Translations under genes and position numbers: made by a program | In this document: positions 1 through 10,695 of the stretch, one piece after another | Layout: each line of letters opens with the position of its first letter | How positions within the stretch are numbered: position 1 is the first letter of the stretch | IMG/VR virus record: IMGVR_UViG_3300030333_003568 | Coordinates: 1 to 54,445 of that record | DNA length: 54,445 nt | Direction: 5' to 3' (one strand) | Source: a virus | Taxonomy: Duplodnaviria; Caudoviricetes | Notes under the pieces: model-generated | What the model saw: only the letters and a program-made list of their open reading frames with translations | Told to the model about the DNA's origin: nothing | Databases searched by the model: none

Positions 1-683
1 TCATCTTGATCATAATATCTAAACATATCAATAATATAATTCCTTTTAGCTATTGCTTGTGTAATTTTGTCAAATGCAGTAAGATCGGTTTTTAATCCAG
101 TTTTACTTATATAATCAGCAGCATTTTTAACATTATTTAAAATTTCACTATTTGCACTTGAATCGTATTTAAGATATAATCCACTTTCTTGTTCTTTTTT
201 TGTTAAGTTAAATAATTGGTCTCTAAGAAGATCAATAGAGTCAACTGCGTTTTTACGATTTATAGCATTATCAGACATTTTATTAATATTTGCTCTAAGC
301 AACTTTCTTTTTAATTGACCATCTGAGCCTTGAAATCTTTCATCGTCTAATCCTAACTTGTCAATATTATCATAAGCAGAATTTTCTAATGTTTTTATAT
401 TCTCTACAGACAAATCTTGATCACTTATTTGCAACTGAAATAAATCTAAAAAATCTTTTGCAACATAATCTCTTTCTTGCATACTTTGATCATTTGCACT
501 TCTTGCTGCAGTGGCTTCTCTATAAGCATCATTTTTAAGATCATTTAATGATTTAGCAAGAGCTTTTACAGATGCTAAAGCAGATGTTCTTCTAATATTT
601 TTTGATATAGGGTCTTCATCAACTGGGCTTAAAGCAGATGCGATTGCAGTTGGTATACCTGTAAGTCTATTTCCATTACTCAT
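1..683 (-). CDS. Putative internal virion/ejection protein, N-terminal part (runs off left edge)
   Basis: ATG at 683 after GGA(A) SD; frame MSNGNRLTGIPTAIASALSP... appears open to the window edge; absent from ORF track. Confidence 0.6.
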   Translation of the reverse strand, partial: MSNGNRLTGIPTAIASALSPVDEDPISKNIRRTSALASVKALAKSLNDLKNDAYREATAARSANDQSMQERDYVAKDFLDLFQLQISDQDLSVENIKTLENSAYDNIDKLGLDDERFQGSDGQLKRKLLRANINKMSDNAINRKNAVDSIDLLRDQLFNLTKKEQESGLYLKYDSSANSEILNNVKNAADYISKTGLKTDLTAFDKITQAIAKRNYIIDMFRYYDQD

Positions 684-692
684 TTTAACTTC

Positions 693-1274
693 CTAACCTG
701 TTTTATAATCGCTTCCAAATATACCTTCCCAAAATGTATCTGGAGTTGCAGCTATTTCTGCTATTCTAGCGTCAAATCTTTCGCCAATAGCAGCTAAACT
801 TTTTTCTTTGAATATATCAACACCTGTTAGTGTTGAAACCATGCTTTCATAACTTCCTTTTTGTTGTATAGCTAATTTATCAATAGCACTTTCACCTTTT
901 TTTCTAGCCGATCTATAAGAATCTGATGTCATAGTATCTAATTGACCACTACCTGCAAAACCTCCCTTTTGAGATAAATAGCTTTGCTCTGAAAAAGTTT
1001 TTAACAAACTATCACTAACTGCTAAGTTTGTATCCATAACTTGATTTGAAATTGATTCTGTAGCTAATTCATATTGACTTTTAGCTGATCTAATTTTAGA
1101 CGCTGTTTCTTTTCTTAAAAGAGCCTCTTCTTTATCTCTTACTTCTTCAGCTAGTTTTTCTGCTTGTTTGCTATCAAATCTCTCAGCAGCTTTTCCACTT
1201 TTGTAAGCACCTATTGTTTTTACGGCAGCTCCCCCAACAGTAACCGCAGCTGCTGCAGTTGCTATAAAACTCAT
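693..1274 (-). CDS. Putative internal virion (ejection/pilot) protein
   Basis: Ala/Gly-rich hydrophobic N-terminus followed by coiled coil; downstream of tail genes as in podoviruses. Confidence 0.5.
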   Translation of the reverse strand: MSFIATAAAAVTVGGAAVKTIGAYKSGKAAERFDSKQAEKLAEEVRDKEEALLRKETASKIRSAKSQYELATESISNQVMDTNLAVSDSLLKTFSEQSYLSQKGGFAGSGQLDTMTSDSYRSARKKGESAIDKLAIQQKGSYESMVSTLTGVDIFKEKSLAAIGERFDARIAEIAATPDTFWEGIFGSDYKTG

Positions 1275-1840
1275 TGATCTATTCCTTCTTCAAAGTCTTT
1301 AGATATTATTTCGTTTTCTATTTCTTTTAAATCTGTTTTGTTTGTAGCGTGAACTGTTACAAATATGCAATCTGTATGAGCATATATTATTCTTTTTGTT
1401 CCAGCTTTTGTTATTCCATAATGAGGAGCTACAATCTTTTTTTCACCATCTTTATCTAAAATAGACATTTCTCCACTAAGCAAAAAATAAGGATGATCGT
1501 ATTTATGTATTTTAGTAACAATAAGTTCCCCTTGTGGATTAAAAACCTCTCTAACATAAAGACCTTTTCCAAATGAATGTTTAAGTGGATTAAAGCTATC
1601 TATATCTTTTGTATCAATAGATTTATTACTTTTTTTAATTGAATTTTCAATTTTTTTAATACCATTTTGAAATTGTTCTTTTGTATATTTGGATTTTTTA
1701 AAACCAATTGGATTATTTAAAGTTTTTTTAAGTTCAGAATATTTAGCAAAACTCCAAGCACTATCAAAATCAAAACTATGCTTTAAAGAAAGTTTATCAG
1801 TCCAATAATCAAATTGTTTTTTAGCTTCTTCTTTTGTCAT
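1271..1840 (-). CDS. Cupin-like domain phage protein
   Basis: HSFGKGLYVRE...KIHKYDHPYFLLSG...FVTVH His pattern typical of phage cupin-fold proteins. Confidence 0.55.
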   Translation of the reverse strand: MTKEEAKKQFDYWTDKLSLKHSFDFDSAWSFAKYSELKKTLNNPIGFKKSKYTKEQFQNGIKKIENSIKKSNKSIDTKDIDSFNPLKHSFGKGLYVREVFNPQGELIVTKIHKYDHPYFLLSGEMSILDKDGEKKIVAPHYGITKAGTKRIIYAHTDCIFVTVHATNKTDLKEIENEIISKDFEEGIDQ

Positions 1841-2631
1841 TGTTTAAGTATTTTGTTTTTATCTTCAATGGTTAAATTACCCCATTCACCATATTCACCT
1901 TTTAAAAAAGTATCCCAAATTTTTTCAACACTAGAAAAATCTCCTTTCCAATGAACTTTAAATGCTTCTTCTAGACTTTTCTTGTTTGATGAAACATCTT
2001 TAAGTATAGCTTTAAATAATTCTTTTTGGTTGCTTTTTGATAAGGAAAGAGCTTTTAAAATCAACTCTTTTTTATCATTGGGATTATTTGGATTGTAGTT
2101 TTTAAAGTCTCCATTTACAGATTCATCTCCTTCATTTAAATTTAAATTATTATAAGTTTCTTTTTGATCATCTAATGAGCTTCTTTCTGATGTTTTTATA
2201 AAATCCATTGGATCAAATTCTTTTGAAAAAATATGATTAACATTTTTAGAATTAGTTGCTTTCATTAAATCGCTTTTTACAACCATTGCACTTGAATCTC
2301 CACTGTTTAAATAACCAATAGTAGACAAAGAATCAGCTGAGTATGTATTCCCATCCTTGCCTTTGTATTCTTTAGTTTTATCTAAATCTGTTATCCCAAG
2401 CTTTTGAAAAAGAGTAAAATCGGGATCGTCAATACCTACTTTTTCAGCTCCTAATTCAGCCATTTGAGTTTTAATTCTATTGGGTTTTGTAGCCTTATTA
2501 AGACTACTTAACGCCTTCCCTGTTTCAAGAAGAATACTTCCCGCTGAACTCCATTGGTTTGCTTGCGCTGCGTCTTTTTTAAATTCCGACATCATTGTAT
2601 TATAGTTTTTTAAAGAATCTCTTAGCGACAT
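1837..2631 (-). CDS. Hypothetical protein, possibly internal virion protein
   Basis: 264-aa ORF, ATGA overlap with next gene; context only. Confidence 0.5.
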   Translation of the reverse strand: MSLRDSLKNYNTMMSEFKKDAAQANQWSSAGSILLETGKALSSLNKATKPNRIKTQMAELGAEKVGIDDPDFTLFQKLGITDLDKTKEYKGKDGNTYSADSLSTIGYLNSGDSSAMVVKSDLMKATNSKNVNHIFSKEFDPMDFIKTSERSSLDDQKETYNNLNLNEGDESVNGDFKNYNPNNPNDKKELILKALSLSKSNQKELFKAILKDVSSNKKSLEEAFKVHWKGDFSSVEKIWDTFLKGEYGEWGNLTIEDKNKILKQ

Positions 2632-2705
2632 TTAATTAAACCTTTTTATATTACTAAATTTAATATTAATGAATAATCTTAAAAACATATTATTAATTTC
2701 GTATA

Positions 2706-5700
2706 TTAACAATGTATTACTATACTTGTGCCAGTTTGACCATTTGAAGGGTTAACTGCATTTGTAGCATTACCACTTCCGTTGCTGCCAGCAGTCCCAC
2801 CGTTAACATCTATTGTAATTCCATCTGGATCCGTTCCACTAATAACGGTTACGCATCCACCATCTCCACCGTTACCACCAGCGCCTCTTCCACCATTATA
2901 CCCAGTTGGTGAATGACCATTTCCACCATCTCCACCACTTCCTCCTTTAGCTTCTAATTCTAAATTACTTTGAGTGCCTGATATAATTCTAGCTACTACC
3001 ATAACATGACCACCAGAGCCTCCACCTTGTCCTCCTCCTCCTCCAGCACCAGAGCTATTTGTTGTATCCCAAGCTCCTCCTCCGCCGCCTCCTCCACCAG
3101 CGGCTCCAAGAGCGGGATATAAAGAAGGAGCATTATTACCAACAGCAAACATATCTCTCATAGCTACGATATATGTTAAATCTGCGTTTGTAATACTTAT
3201 TTTGCCTTCAGATCCACTAGTAGCAGAAGCCGCTGCTGCACTGCCAGCTCCACTTCCACCAGATTCACCATCTCCTCCTCTTCCACCAGCTCCATTGGTA
3301 TATGAGCTAACAATATTTGATGTAACAGTAGATACGCTACCAGTTATACCAGGTCCAACTGGACTAGACCCATCAGTCCCATTACCCCCAGCTCCTCCAT
3401 TTCCCCCAGCTTGTCCACCTCTTAAACTTCCTTCAGCACCCCCTGCACCCGATCCACTTCCACCTGCACCTGGAGCTGAAATACTAGGACCAGCATTGTT
3501 TCCATTATCTCCATCAGAGCCATTATTAAAAAATTTAGCACCAGACCCTCCTATAGTAAGAGTGTCTCTAACGAATATTCTATATCCATTTGTATTACAA
3601 GTAACACCTGAGCTAATTAATAAATCTGTAGCGTAAATATCTCTTTGAAGAACGCCACTAGCGATCCAATTATCACCTAAATCATCTTCTTCAGCATTTT
3701 GATCAGAGGTTAAACTGCTACTTGTTATTCTTAATTCACCATCTTTTCCGTTTCCAAATAGTCTAGAAGCTGTTATAAGATAATCAATATTATTTTTTCT
3801 ATATATACCATTTCCTCTTATTTTGCCATCTGAAGCAAATGATATTTTTGCATTTTGACCTGTAGTAGCGCTTGCACCTGCGTAAAAAGCACTTTTACTT
3901 CCTACATCTGAGTGAGCTGCGTTTGATTGAACTAATCCTATAATATCAGTACTATCTGAGCTAGAAATTTTAGATTCAGCAATAACCCATCCATTAGCAC
4001 CTGAAGCATTAGCACCTATATATCCAGTTTTAGCATTAATAGAGCCTTTTAAATAAACATCCCCAGAATATAATCCATATAAATCGGATTGAGTTCCATC
4101 TAAACCAGCAGAAGCATCAGTTATTCCATCAAGTTTTCCAAGTCTTACTTTTGTATTAGTAGCTGTATTCCAAGCTGAATAAGAGTTTATACCATCTTTA
4201 ATATCCATAAAAGGAGCATTTGAATCGTCAGATGTTAAGTATATAGAACCTTGTCTATCCGCGACATTTGTATTACCTATCCTTACAAAATCATCACCCT
4301 CAACTGGAAAATCTGTATTTGTATATCCAGTTGTAGCATATCTACCATCGACATTTGCTACTTCATTACTAACAGAAATAACCTTATATACAAGTTTTTT
4401 AATAACATCCCCTACGGGAGCTTGAGCATTTCCAGCAACCAAAGAACCAGGAACGACTCTTTGCATCATTATAATATCATTAGCTGCGAATGGACATACT
4501 CCATGTCCAGACGGGTCTTCAAAGGTAATATCTCCTTGTTGGTCAGAAGCAGATAAGCTATTTGTTGAAGCTACTTTAGCCGCTGATGTAACAAATACTG
4601 CTCCATTAGTTGCTCTTATTTGTTGTATCAGAAGTTCATATACACTAAGCCTTCCCCTTACAAACATATTGTCAACAGTTAAATCATATTCATTTAAAGC
4701 AGTTGCTCCTTTATCTACCTTCCACCCAGAACCAGCAAAACCAGAAACAAAACTAGAAGAACCAATTTCACCGCCAGTAAAGGAAACAGCTTTTCTAGCA
4801 TACATATTATCTATAAGAGAATAATGCCCACTTGTAGATGATATGTTTCTAATAATTAAATAAAGATTATCATCTTCAGAATTGTAATTTTTTATTAAAG
4901 AATGTCCAGTCCCAACTCCTCTAGCACCACTTTCAGCGCTAGGATTCCAAGATGTAGTAGAGCTTAAACAAACTTCAACATCTGTATTTCCACCAGATAT
5001 AACATCAAAAACAACTTCATAAGAAAACCCACTAGAATCATCACTTAATTGTATGTAAACGGAACCAGCCGCTGAAGTTGAATTTGTTAGTTTACCCCTT
5101 CCACTATTATTTACAAATGTAGCGTTAGAGGCTGTAAATCCATTACTTACAGCTAAATCTGTGCTGCCAGTTGCAAAGTCAAATTTACTATTAGTTCCAT
5201 CTAAGGCATCAGCTAGAGCTGTTTTTTGATCAGAAGAAAGCAAATCAGCCATACTACCAGCAACTGTACTAGAGCCTATAGGAACATATCCAGTTCCATT
5301 TGGAGTAATAGCTATATTGCCATTTGCACCATCTGTAATAGTTATAGAACCTGTGGTTGAATTACCAGTTTGTAATGTTAAATTATGATTGCCACTAGAC
5401 TTTAAAGTAGCATCACCACTTCCACTTCCTATTTGAAGATTGCCATTAATATCTACTTGACCATTAGTGGCATTAGTAATTGTTTCATCATTTGATAATA
5501 TTAAACCAGTTGCCCCAGTTATATCTATACTTGTACTCGCTGTTATTGTTGTAAAAGCACCCGTATTAGCAGAATTTGCTCCTATTGGAGTTCCATCTAT
5601 AGCACCAGAATCAATATTTGCATTAGTCAATGCTTGGCTATTTAAATCTTGAGCAGATGACCATGTTAATCCACCACTTATAGTAGCCGCTGATATATCT

Positions 5701-6260
5701 CCACCATCAATATCAAATGCGCTTCCTTCTATTTCGACTGAACCAGCTTCTAGTTTTTTACCAAGAGTAATTTTTTCACCACTATTTGTAGTAACAAATG
5801 TCAAATATGCGTTATCAGCTTCTTCAATAATTAAAGCATTTGCCGTATTATCTACAATCTTAATTGAGTTTTCACCAACAGCCGTAAAATTTAAAGCACC
5901 ATCTCCTCCTATTAAAGTTAAATCACCAGTCATAGCTCTTGATCCGTCTATTTTTAAATACTGAGTATGGTCATCATCTGATAAGCCAGATAAAGAACCG
6001 TGATCAGTTATAGTTGTTGATGAAGAAGAAGAACCACCTCCTCCACTTCCAACAACTCTGACGGCTGGCATTTCACCAGAAGAAGCAACTGCTATCCATT
6101 GATTATTTGATTTTACATATTCAACGGTTCCAGAACCTTCAATTTGTCTAAAAGATATATCGCCATCTTTACCATCAGAGTCTTCTGGCTTCCCATGACC
6201 AAATGTAGGTTGTTTGCTTTTTTGATGTAATAATTTTCTTTCTTCTCTACTTAAAGGCAT
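2706..6260 (-). CDS. Tail fibre/receptor-binding protein with C-terminal glycine-rich domain
   Basis: 1184 aa, S/T/G/N-rich; DHGSLSGLSDDDHTQYL and SGFAGSGW...VDNMFVRG tail-fibre-type motifs; GGxGG repeats at C-terminus. Confidence 0.75.
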   Translation of the reverse strand: MPLSREERKLLHQKSKQPTFGHGKPEDSDGKDGDISFRQIEGSGTVEYVKSNNQWIAVASSGEMPAVRVVGSGGGGSSSSSTTITDHGSLSGLSDDDHTQYLKIDGSRAMTGDLTLIGGDGALNFTAVGENSIKIVDNTANALIIEEADNAYLTFVTTNSGEKITLGKKLEAGSVEIEGSAFDIDGGDISAATISGGLTWSSAQDLNSQALTNANIDSGAIDGTPIGANSANTGAFTTITASTSIDITGATGLILSNDETITNATNGQVDINGNLQIGSGSGDATLKSSGNHNLTLQTGNSTTGSITITDGANGNIAITPNGTGYVPIGSSTVAGSMADLLSSDQKTALADALDGTNSKFDFATGSTDLAVSNGFTASNATFVNNSGRGKLTNSTSAAGSVYIQLSDDSSGFSYEVVFDVISGGNTDVEVCLSSTTSWNPSAESGARGVGTGHSLIKNYNSEDDNLYLIIRNISSTSGHYSLIDNMYARKAVSFTGGEIGSSSFVSGFAGSGWKVDKGATALNEYDLTVDNMFVRGRLSVYELLIQQIRATNGAVFVTSAAKVASTNSLSASDQQGDITFEDPSGHGVCPFAANDIIMMQRVVPGSLVAGNAQAPVGDVIKKLVYKVISVSNEVANVDGRYATTGYTNTDFPVEGDDFVRIGNTNVADRQGSIYLTSDDSNAPFMDIKDGINSYSAWNTATNTKVRLGKLDGITDASAGLDGTQSDLYGLYSGDVYLKGSINAKTGYIGANASGANGWVIAESKISSSDSTDIIGLVQSNAAHSDVGSKSAFYAGASATTGQNAKISFASDGKIRGNGIYRKNNIDYLITASRLFGNGKDGELRITSSSLTSDQNAEEDDLGDNWIASGVLQRDIYATDLLISSGVTCNTNGYRIFVRDTLTIGGSGAKFFNNGSDGDNGNNAGPSISAPGAGGSGSGAGGAEGSLRGGQAGGNGGAGGNGTDGSSPVGPGITGSVSTVTSNIVSSYTNGAGGRGGDGESGGSGAGSAAAASATSGSEGKISITNADLTYIVAMRDMFAVGNNAPSLYPALGAAGGGGGGGGAWDTTNSSGAGGGGGQGGGSGGHVMVVARIISGTQSNLELEAKGGSGGDGGNGHSPTGYNGGRGAGGNGGDGGCVTVISGTDPDGITIDVNGGTAGSNGSGNATNAVNPSNGQTGTSIVIHC

Positions 6261-9200
6261 TATTTAATTCTTCTCATTCTATAGACTACAGTTATATCGT
6301 TTATTTCAAAATCATTACCACCACTAGAGCCACTTATGGGAGATATTTTAATTTGGAAACTATAAATTCCTTTTAAATTAGAAGGGGTAGATGGTCTTAG
6401 TTCAGCTGTTAGCCAATCTGTAGTTCCAGCATTTACATTTAAACAAGCTTTATTATCACTAGAATTAAGAGTTTTTAAACTTTTACCATCACTACCTATC
6501 TGATAAAAAACATTAGAATCAGAAGGGCTTTCTCCATTCCATCCATATGTAACTCCAATTGCTGACCCAGCTCCTTTAAATGATATATAAACTTTATATA
6601 CCTTTTTTTGTACGCCAGGTTCTCCAAAATCAATATCGCGAGTTTTATAAGAAAATGTATCTGTTCCATCTGAATCATTAAAAAATGTTTTTATATCAGA
6701 ATTTGTACCACATAAATAAAATAAATCTTGATTTTCATCTAAAGCAAAATTTGTTTTACTATGAACAGAATCAGTAGTTTCAACAAATCCTTGTTTTTTT
6801 GTCCAAGCAGATAAAGTAAAATCATAGAACAAAGCATCTCCAATATTATTGGTTATTAAAATTTGTCTTTTGTTTGGAATATATGCTATATGACAATACT
6901 GAGTTTTTAAATCTTGAAATGTTAAATCTTCATCAGATTTTGCCCCACCAGTTGTAGTAGACGATATTGAAAAACTATCAGAGTCTACAATACTAGTAAC
7001 TGTTGTATTAGATGGTATACCAGAGCCACTAACATTAAGACCAACTTGTATTTTTACAAATGTAGCAGATGGAATACTAGTGCAATCAATTTGAGTTCCA
7101 TTATTATAATCACCATAAGTGCCAGATGTAAAAGACCCTTTTAAATGAGTATAAAAATCAACTTCATTAATTAATTTAATTCCACCTTTTTCTAATAAAT
7201 TTACAACTTGGTTTCCGTCATAAAAATAAACACCAAATTTATTAAACCAAGCTATTCCATAATCTGTTTTAACAGAATGATAATTGTAAGCAATTCCTTT
7301 TCCTTGAAATGTGTCTTCTAAAAAATCTACATTTTCAGATACATTAATTATATACAAACTTTGTTCTTTAAATTGAAGTATTCTATCTGCGTAAGCTTCT
7401 AGCTTTACAATACTTTCACCATCGTTAACAGCAACATCAACGCTTCCCATTTTATCTGGAAATACATCAAATTTATTTACTTGGCTTTTTAAAATTCTAT
7501 CTGGATAAGTTCTTCCGTTTTGTTTAACATTCCCAATATAAGCTCTTCTTCCGTGAATAACTGCGGTTTTAAAAAAAGCAGTAATTGATTCTGTTATTCC
7601 ACTAAACCCATTTATTGTTCTAAATGTGTCAATTCCATTAGAGGATGAAGGAGTTATTCCTTTTACAACAGATGCATACCTTGTAAAAACTTCACCAACA
7701 GTACTAGCATGAGAACTATTAGCCATATTATAAGCAATTACATTTCCTTCTGGAAGCCATTTAAATCCTTTATCTACAAAATCAATTTCACCTATTAAAT
7801 AATAGTTATCATTTTCTTGAACCTTGTAATATAATCTAGTTCCCCTTACTCTTCTATTCATTCCATAATAATCAAAAGAAACACCTGCTTGATAATCACT
7901 ACTACTTCCCGCGTTTACAACCCAATTTGTATCAACAGTAGCAACTAATGTACTTCCATTATAATCAGAAATTACACGATACTGACCTGAGCCACCCCCG
8001 CTTGCAATGTAAATAACATACCCATTATAAGCATCTGGGTCTGATGATGATCCACTTGCTAAAGTTATAGTATTATTACTTCCACCTGTTGCTCTTCCAC
8101 TTATTAAAGTTTCATCAGCCCCAGAAAAAGTTTTTGCACTCCCCCCTTTTGAGTCTGCTATTTGAAAAGTATTAGCAGTTTTATTAACAACATAATACAA
8201 TGTTTTTTCATTCCACCCAGTAGAGTTCTTTTTACCTTCAAGTTTAACAACATCATTATTTTTTAGCCCATGAGAAGTTTTTACTATTGTATTTGCACTT
8301 ACATCAATGCCAGCTCCAGTTGTCATTTGTCTGCTAGACCACGGGTTAATATAACTATCAAAATTAAATAAAACAGAAGAGCCAAGAACATTTATTTTAT
8401 TAACATTCCCACTACCTGTGTCTGAAAATTTAAATGGTAAAGATTCTTGTTTTTGTTCATCGTAAAGATATGTATGATAAAACTCATAAAGACCTGGTTG
8501 AAATCCATTAACACCAGGATTTTTAGCTATTACAGGTCCACTTAACCAAAATGTTGGAGCATCGGAAGAAGCGTTTGTATCAACAACAGTTACTTTAAAC
8601 TCATCTAAATTATCACCAAGAGCATAATCTCCACTTCTAAAATTAGAAGCACTACAAACAAGTAAATTCCAACAATCTGGAACAATATCTGTTTTTGAAA
8701 ATTCATAATCAATATACTCAGCATCACTAGGAGTAAAATGACTTACAACAACATGGCTTAAATCATCGTGTTCAGCACTTGTAATATAAAAACCTACAAT
8801 AAATGAATTTACATCTGTTATTGAATAAGATTGACTATCTTCTATGACAACAACTGTTGTTTCTGTGCTATCATTTGAAGTTGCTTTAACATTATTGCCC
8901 TCAAACAATGGATGATATGTGGTATCATCACTTAAAGTAGCTTTACTATTTAAAACACTCCATCCACTAGCTACATTTCCAAGTAGTTGAAAATATTGAA
9001 CCCCAACTCTTAAATTTACAGCTGAAAAATCTACAACATCTTCAGCGCTCCCATCAGCAACATTTCCTATATATTCTGAACTAGAAGAATTAACACCATC
9101 ATTATCACTACCTGTGTAAGGGGTTGAAATTAAACAAATTCCAGCGGTGGGAGTTTTTATTGATTGGTCTTCTGTTAACCAACCGATAGTTCCAGAATCA

Positions 9201-9658
9201 GCATTTAATGAGTCAAATTTTTCTTGAGTAGAATCTATATATCCACGCCATTGAGTTGCGTTAGTTAATCCACCATCAGATATTCTTAAATTCCCGTCTC
9301 CAATGTAAAAAACTGGATCTTGAGTATCAAGGTTTATAACATCTGTATCCCATCCTTCACTATCTTTTATATCAAATGTATTATTATCATCATCATATGC
9401 TACAATAAAAGTTTCATTAGAAGAACCTCCGTCAAGTTGCACATCACTTTTCATAGTGAATAATCCTTTATTTTGTAATATAGCAGCCGTATTGGTGCCA
9501 GTTGTATTTCCAAAATAAGGAGCAAATTTTAATCTGCCTATTGAATCAATTGCAAAATCAGTTATTTCTGGAGATTCGTTTTCAGCTATATCTCTTGGGT
9601 CAGCGTTTGAATTTATTCCTCCATGAAATTCTTGTATTTTATATATCTGTTTAGGCAC
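6260..9658 (-). CDS. Tail structural protein (nozzle/stabilisation-type) with inserted beta-rich modules
   Basis: GTG start; N-terminal FHGGINS...PRDI and C-terminal YKTRDIDFGEPGVQKKVYKVY, typical of podovirus tail nozzle proteins. Confidence 0.65.
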   Translation of the reverse strand: MPKQIYKIQEFHGGINSNADPRDIAENESPEITDFAIDSIGRLKFAPYFGNTTGTNTAAILQNKGLFTMKSDVQLDGGSSNETFIVAYDDDNNTFDIKDSEGWDTDVINLDTQDPVFYIGDGNLRISDGGLTNATQWRGYIDSTQEKFDSLNADSGTIGWLTEDQSIKTPTAGICLISTPYTGSDNDGVNSSSSEYIGNVADGSAEDVVDFSAVNLRVGVQYFQLLGNVASGWSVLNSKATLSDDTTYHPLFEGNNVKATSNDSTETTVVVIEDSQSYSITDVNSFIVGFYITSAEHDDLSHVVVSHFTPSDAEYIDYEFSKTDIVPDCWNLLVCSASNFRSGDYALGDNLDEFKVTVVDTNASSDAPTFWLSGPVIAKNPGVNGFQPGLYEFYHTYLYDEQKQESLPFKFSDTGSGNVNKINVLGSSVLFNFDSYINPWSSRQMTTGAGIDVSANTIVKTSHGLKNNDVVKLEGKKNSTGWNEKTLYYVVNKTANTFQIADSKGGSAKTFSGADETLISGRATGGSNNTITLASGSSSDPDAYNGYVIYIASGGGSGQYRVISDYNGSTLVATVDTNWVVNAGSSSDYQAGVSFDYYGMNRRVRGTRLYYKVQENDNYYLIGEIDFVDKGFKWLPEGNVIAYNMANSSHASTVGEVFTRYASVVKGITPSSSNGIDTFRTINGFSGITESITAFFKTAVIHGRRAYIGNVKQNGRTYPDRILKSQVNKFDVFPDKMGSVDVAVNDGESIVKLEAYADRILQFKEQSLYIINVSENVDFLEDTFQGKGIAYNYHSVKTDYGIAWFNKFGVYFYDGNQVVNLLEKGGIKLINEVDFYTHLKGSFTSGTYGDYNNGTQIDCTSIPSATFVKIQVGLNVSGSGIPSNTTVTSIVDSDSFSISSTTTGGAKSDEDLTFQDLKTQYCHIAYIPNKRQILITNNIGDALFYDFTLSAWTKKQGFVETTDSVHSKTNFALDENQDLFYLCGTNSDIKTFFNDSDGTDTFSYKTRDIDFGEPGVQKKVYKVYISFKGAGSAIGVTYGWNGESPSDSNVFYQIGSDGKSLKTLNSSDNKACLNVNAGTTDWLTAELRPSTPSNLKGIYSFQIKISPISGSSGGNDFEINDITVVYRMRRIK

Positions 9659-9743
9659 AATATACTAACCCCTATAAAAAACAATATATTTACAAGAAAT
9701 TGTTTGGTGATAATATTTTACTTTAGGAACTATTATTGTTTTT

Positions 9744-10220
9744 TTATTCATAATGATTTACCATTTGTATAAATTTTGCAACAGTACCCTTGCCTTTTGC
9801 ACTATTGTAATATTTTTTCCATTGCTCAGCTTGTTCTTTAACTGTTTTTGGAAGAGGCTTTGGAACTCTTCTGTAGTGCAATCTACACATACAAATTTGA
9901 GCAGCTATATTAGTTGTAAGTATATGTTCCCAATCATGTTCTTTTGGATCAAGAAAATATTTCCAATCTAGCTTACAAGCCTTTGCTACTTTTTTCATAA
10001 GAGATTCTCTAAACTTTAAATAGTTTTTGCATATATCTACAGCTACCCAGCTTTCGCATTGGAAAAACCCTCTAGCAGGTCCCTTAATCTGTTTTAAATA
10101 CTCATAGGTGCTTTCAACAAGACCAGTATTATATACAAGCTCAAGAGCATCAGAGCTATACAAATCTATATCTTCTAAAGTATTTTTTATAATTTCTTTT
10201 ATTTGTTTTGAGTTTAACAA
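9744..10220 (-). CDS. Putative endolysin, lysozyme-like fold
   Basis: TTG start with GGAG SD; TGLVES...GPARGFFQ...WKKYYN..GKG motifs of a phage lysozyme-like family; adjacent to membrane-protein genes. Confidence 0.55.
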   Translation of the reverse strand: MLNSKQIKEIIKNTLEDIDLYSSDALELVYNTGLVESTYEYLKQIKGPARGFFQCESWVAVDICKNYLKFRESLMKKVAKACKLDWKYFLDPKEHDWEHILTTNIAAQICMCRLHYRRVPKPLPKTVKEQAEQWKKYYNSAKGKGTVAKFIQMVNHYE

Positions 10221-10232
10221 ATTAAAATCTCC

Positions 10233-10349
10233 TTAATATGATTTTCTTTTAGACCTAGATTTTTTCTTAGAAGACTTCCTTTTTGATTTTGATTTTTTCT
10301 TAGGAGGTCTGCCTCTTTTGGAACCGTACGTTCCTTTACCCATTGGCAT
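10233..10349 (-). CDS. 38-aa highly basic peptide with AT-hook-like RGRP
   Basis: Manual translation MPMGKGTYGSKRGRPPKKKSKSKRKSSKKKSRSKRKSY; fills the gap between flanking genes; below ORF-track cutoff. Confidence 0.7.
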   Translation of the reverse strand: MPMGKGTYGSKRGRPPKKKSKSKRKSSKKKSRSKRKSY

Positions 10350-10351
10350 AA

Positions 10352-10615
10352 TTAAACCTTCTTTAATAGTTCTTTTAAAACAGCAGCAAAAACATCAGTT
10401 CCTTTGTCTATGATAGTTTCAAAAACTTTTTGCTCTTGCTTTTCATTTAAAAATGGAAGATTAATTTTTTTATTAATTTCACTTGCCCATTTTTCTTCAA
10501 ACTCTTCAGATTGTATTTTTTCAATAATTAAATCTTCAATGCCATCTTTCATATCTGGCACAGCTGCTTCAGCTTGTTTAACTAATTGATTTAATACTAT
10601 TGATTTTATGTCCAT
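10352..10615 (-). CDS. Hypothetical protein
   Basis: 87 aa, AAGGAG SD. Confidence 0.6.
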   Translation of the reverse strand: MDIKSIVLNQLVKQAEAAVPDMKDGIEDLIIEKIQSEEFEEKWASEINKKINLPFLNEKQEQKVFETIIDKGTDVFAAVLKELLKKV

Positions 10616-10695
10616 TTAAGACTCCTTTGTTAAAGTACAATGCCCCTTTTGTAAGGGAGGGGGAAGGATGTGTGTATTATATACGACTTGGGGCA

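Noticed and set aside
3202-3636. Pro-rich 144-aa plus-strand ORF
   Set aside because: Antisense shadow of Gly codons in the tail fibre. The other short opposite-strand or nested ORFs in the track were rejected likewise.
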